A stretch of 64,000 bases of DNA, from assembly GCA_027621365.1 (NCBI GenBank), contig JAQCBH010000003.1, forward strand, positions 65,737 to 129,736. Reading direction: 5' to 3'. Positions 63,685 through 64,000 of the stretch are shown in pieces. Each line of letters opens with the position of its first letter. Position 1 is the first letter of the stretch. The notes beneath the pieces were generated by a model. That model did no database searches and was not told the DNA's origin. It worked only from the letters and a program-made list of their open reading frames with translations. The translations under genes and the position numbers were made by a program. The DNA is from Bacteroidota bacterium. Its GTDB lineage: Bacteria > Bacteroidota > Bacteroidia > NS11-12g > UBA955.

Positions 63685-64000
63685 ATGTCCAAGGCTAGAC
63701 AAACTTTACTTGACAAGCGCGCTGCCGCCCAATTGGGTGGAGGACAGGCTCGCATTGAAGCTCAACACAGCAAAGGGAAGCTCACGGCCCGTGAGCGCAT
63801 CCAAATTGTCTTAGACGAAGGTAGTTTCCAAGAAATTGGGGCATTCGTTACCCACCGAAGCAAAGACTTTGGCATGGAAAAGCAGAGCATTTTGGGTGAT
63901 GGAGTGGTGACCGGTTACGGCCGAATTGAAGGTCGTCTGGTTTATATATTTTCTCAAGACTTTACTGTTTTCGGGGGCTCATTGAGCGAAACCCATGCAG
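63685..64000 (+). CDS. acyl-CoA carboxylase carboxyltransferase subunit (propionyl-CoA carboxylase beta / methylmalonyl-CoA decarboxylase alpha-like), N-terminal fragment
   Basis: [54 protein letters not shown]...[24 protein letters not shown] matches the carboxyltransferase N-domain; runs off the window end. Confidence 0.8.
   Translation, partial: MSKARQTLLDKRAAAQLGGGQARIEAQHSKGKLTARERIQIVLDEGSFQEIGAFVTHRSKDFGMEKQSILGDGVVTGYGRIEGRLVYIFSQDFTVFGGSLSETHA

Noticed and set aside
1-64000. CRISPR arrays, transposases, integrases, phage genes, toxin-antitoxin pairs
   Set aside because: Looked for direct-repeat/spacer periodicity and for DDE, tyrosine-recombinase or serine-recombinase motifs among all ORFs; none found. 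tRNA genes here are not flanked by integrase-like ORFs

Overview
Chromosomal segment from a Bacteroidota-type genome, about 50% GC. The phylum call rests on PorP/SprF, PorU and PorV type IX secretion system (T9SS) genes, a GldJ/GldK-like lipoprotein, a T9SS type-B C-terminal sorting domain, the rpmB-rpmG-DUF4295 arrangement, and TAnnTTTG -7 promoter boxes. I call about 66 protein genes, 3 tRNAs (Leu-TAG, Lys-TTT, Gly-GCC) and an RNase P RNA. The ORF track uses TTG/GTG as well as ATG and often over-extends N-termini, so several starts were re-set by hand. The ORF track misses three things: the RNase P RNA, a 50-aa DUF4295 ORF, and the programmed +1 frameshift in prfB. Housekeeping genes include tig-clpP-clpX, dinB, rnhB, prfB, phrB, mutS, miaA, gatB, ftsY, rimO, bshC, rplS, rpmB and rpmG. 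Accessory modules worth a second look: (i) a divergent photolyase/SDR and MerR-B12 (CarH/LitR-like, Wx9EH motif) regulator pair; (ii) an AlkB-like hydroxylase, ECF sigma factor, putative anti-sigma, LTXXQ periplasmic protein and FAD oxidoreductase block; (iii) ExbB-ExbD-ExbD-TonB followed by an orphan duplicated ABC ATPase; (iv) a SulP-beta carbonic anhydrase pair; (v) a translationally coupled lipoprotein / c-type cytochrome-copper-monooxygenase-like / tandem-GNAT trio; (vi) a gldJ-like - porP/sprF - porU - porV T9SS cluster, plus a T9SS cargo and TPR/transglutaminase-like pair. There is no CRISPR array, transposase, integrase or obvious prophage. Nothing can be called novel from sequence alone; candidates are ranked in the findings.
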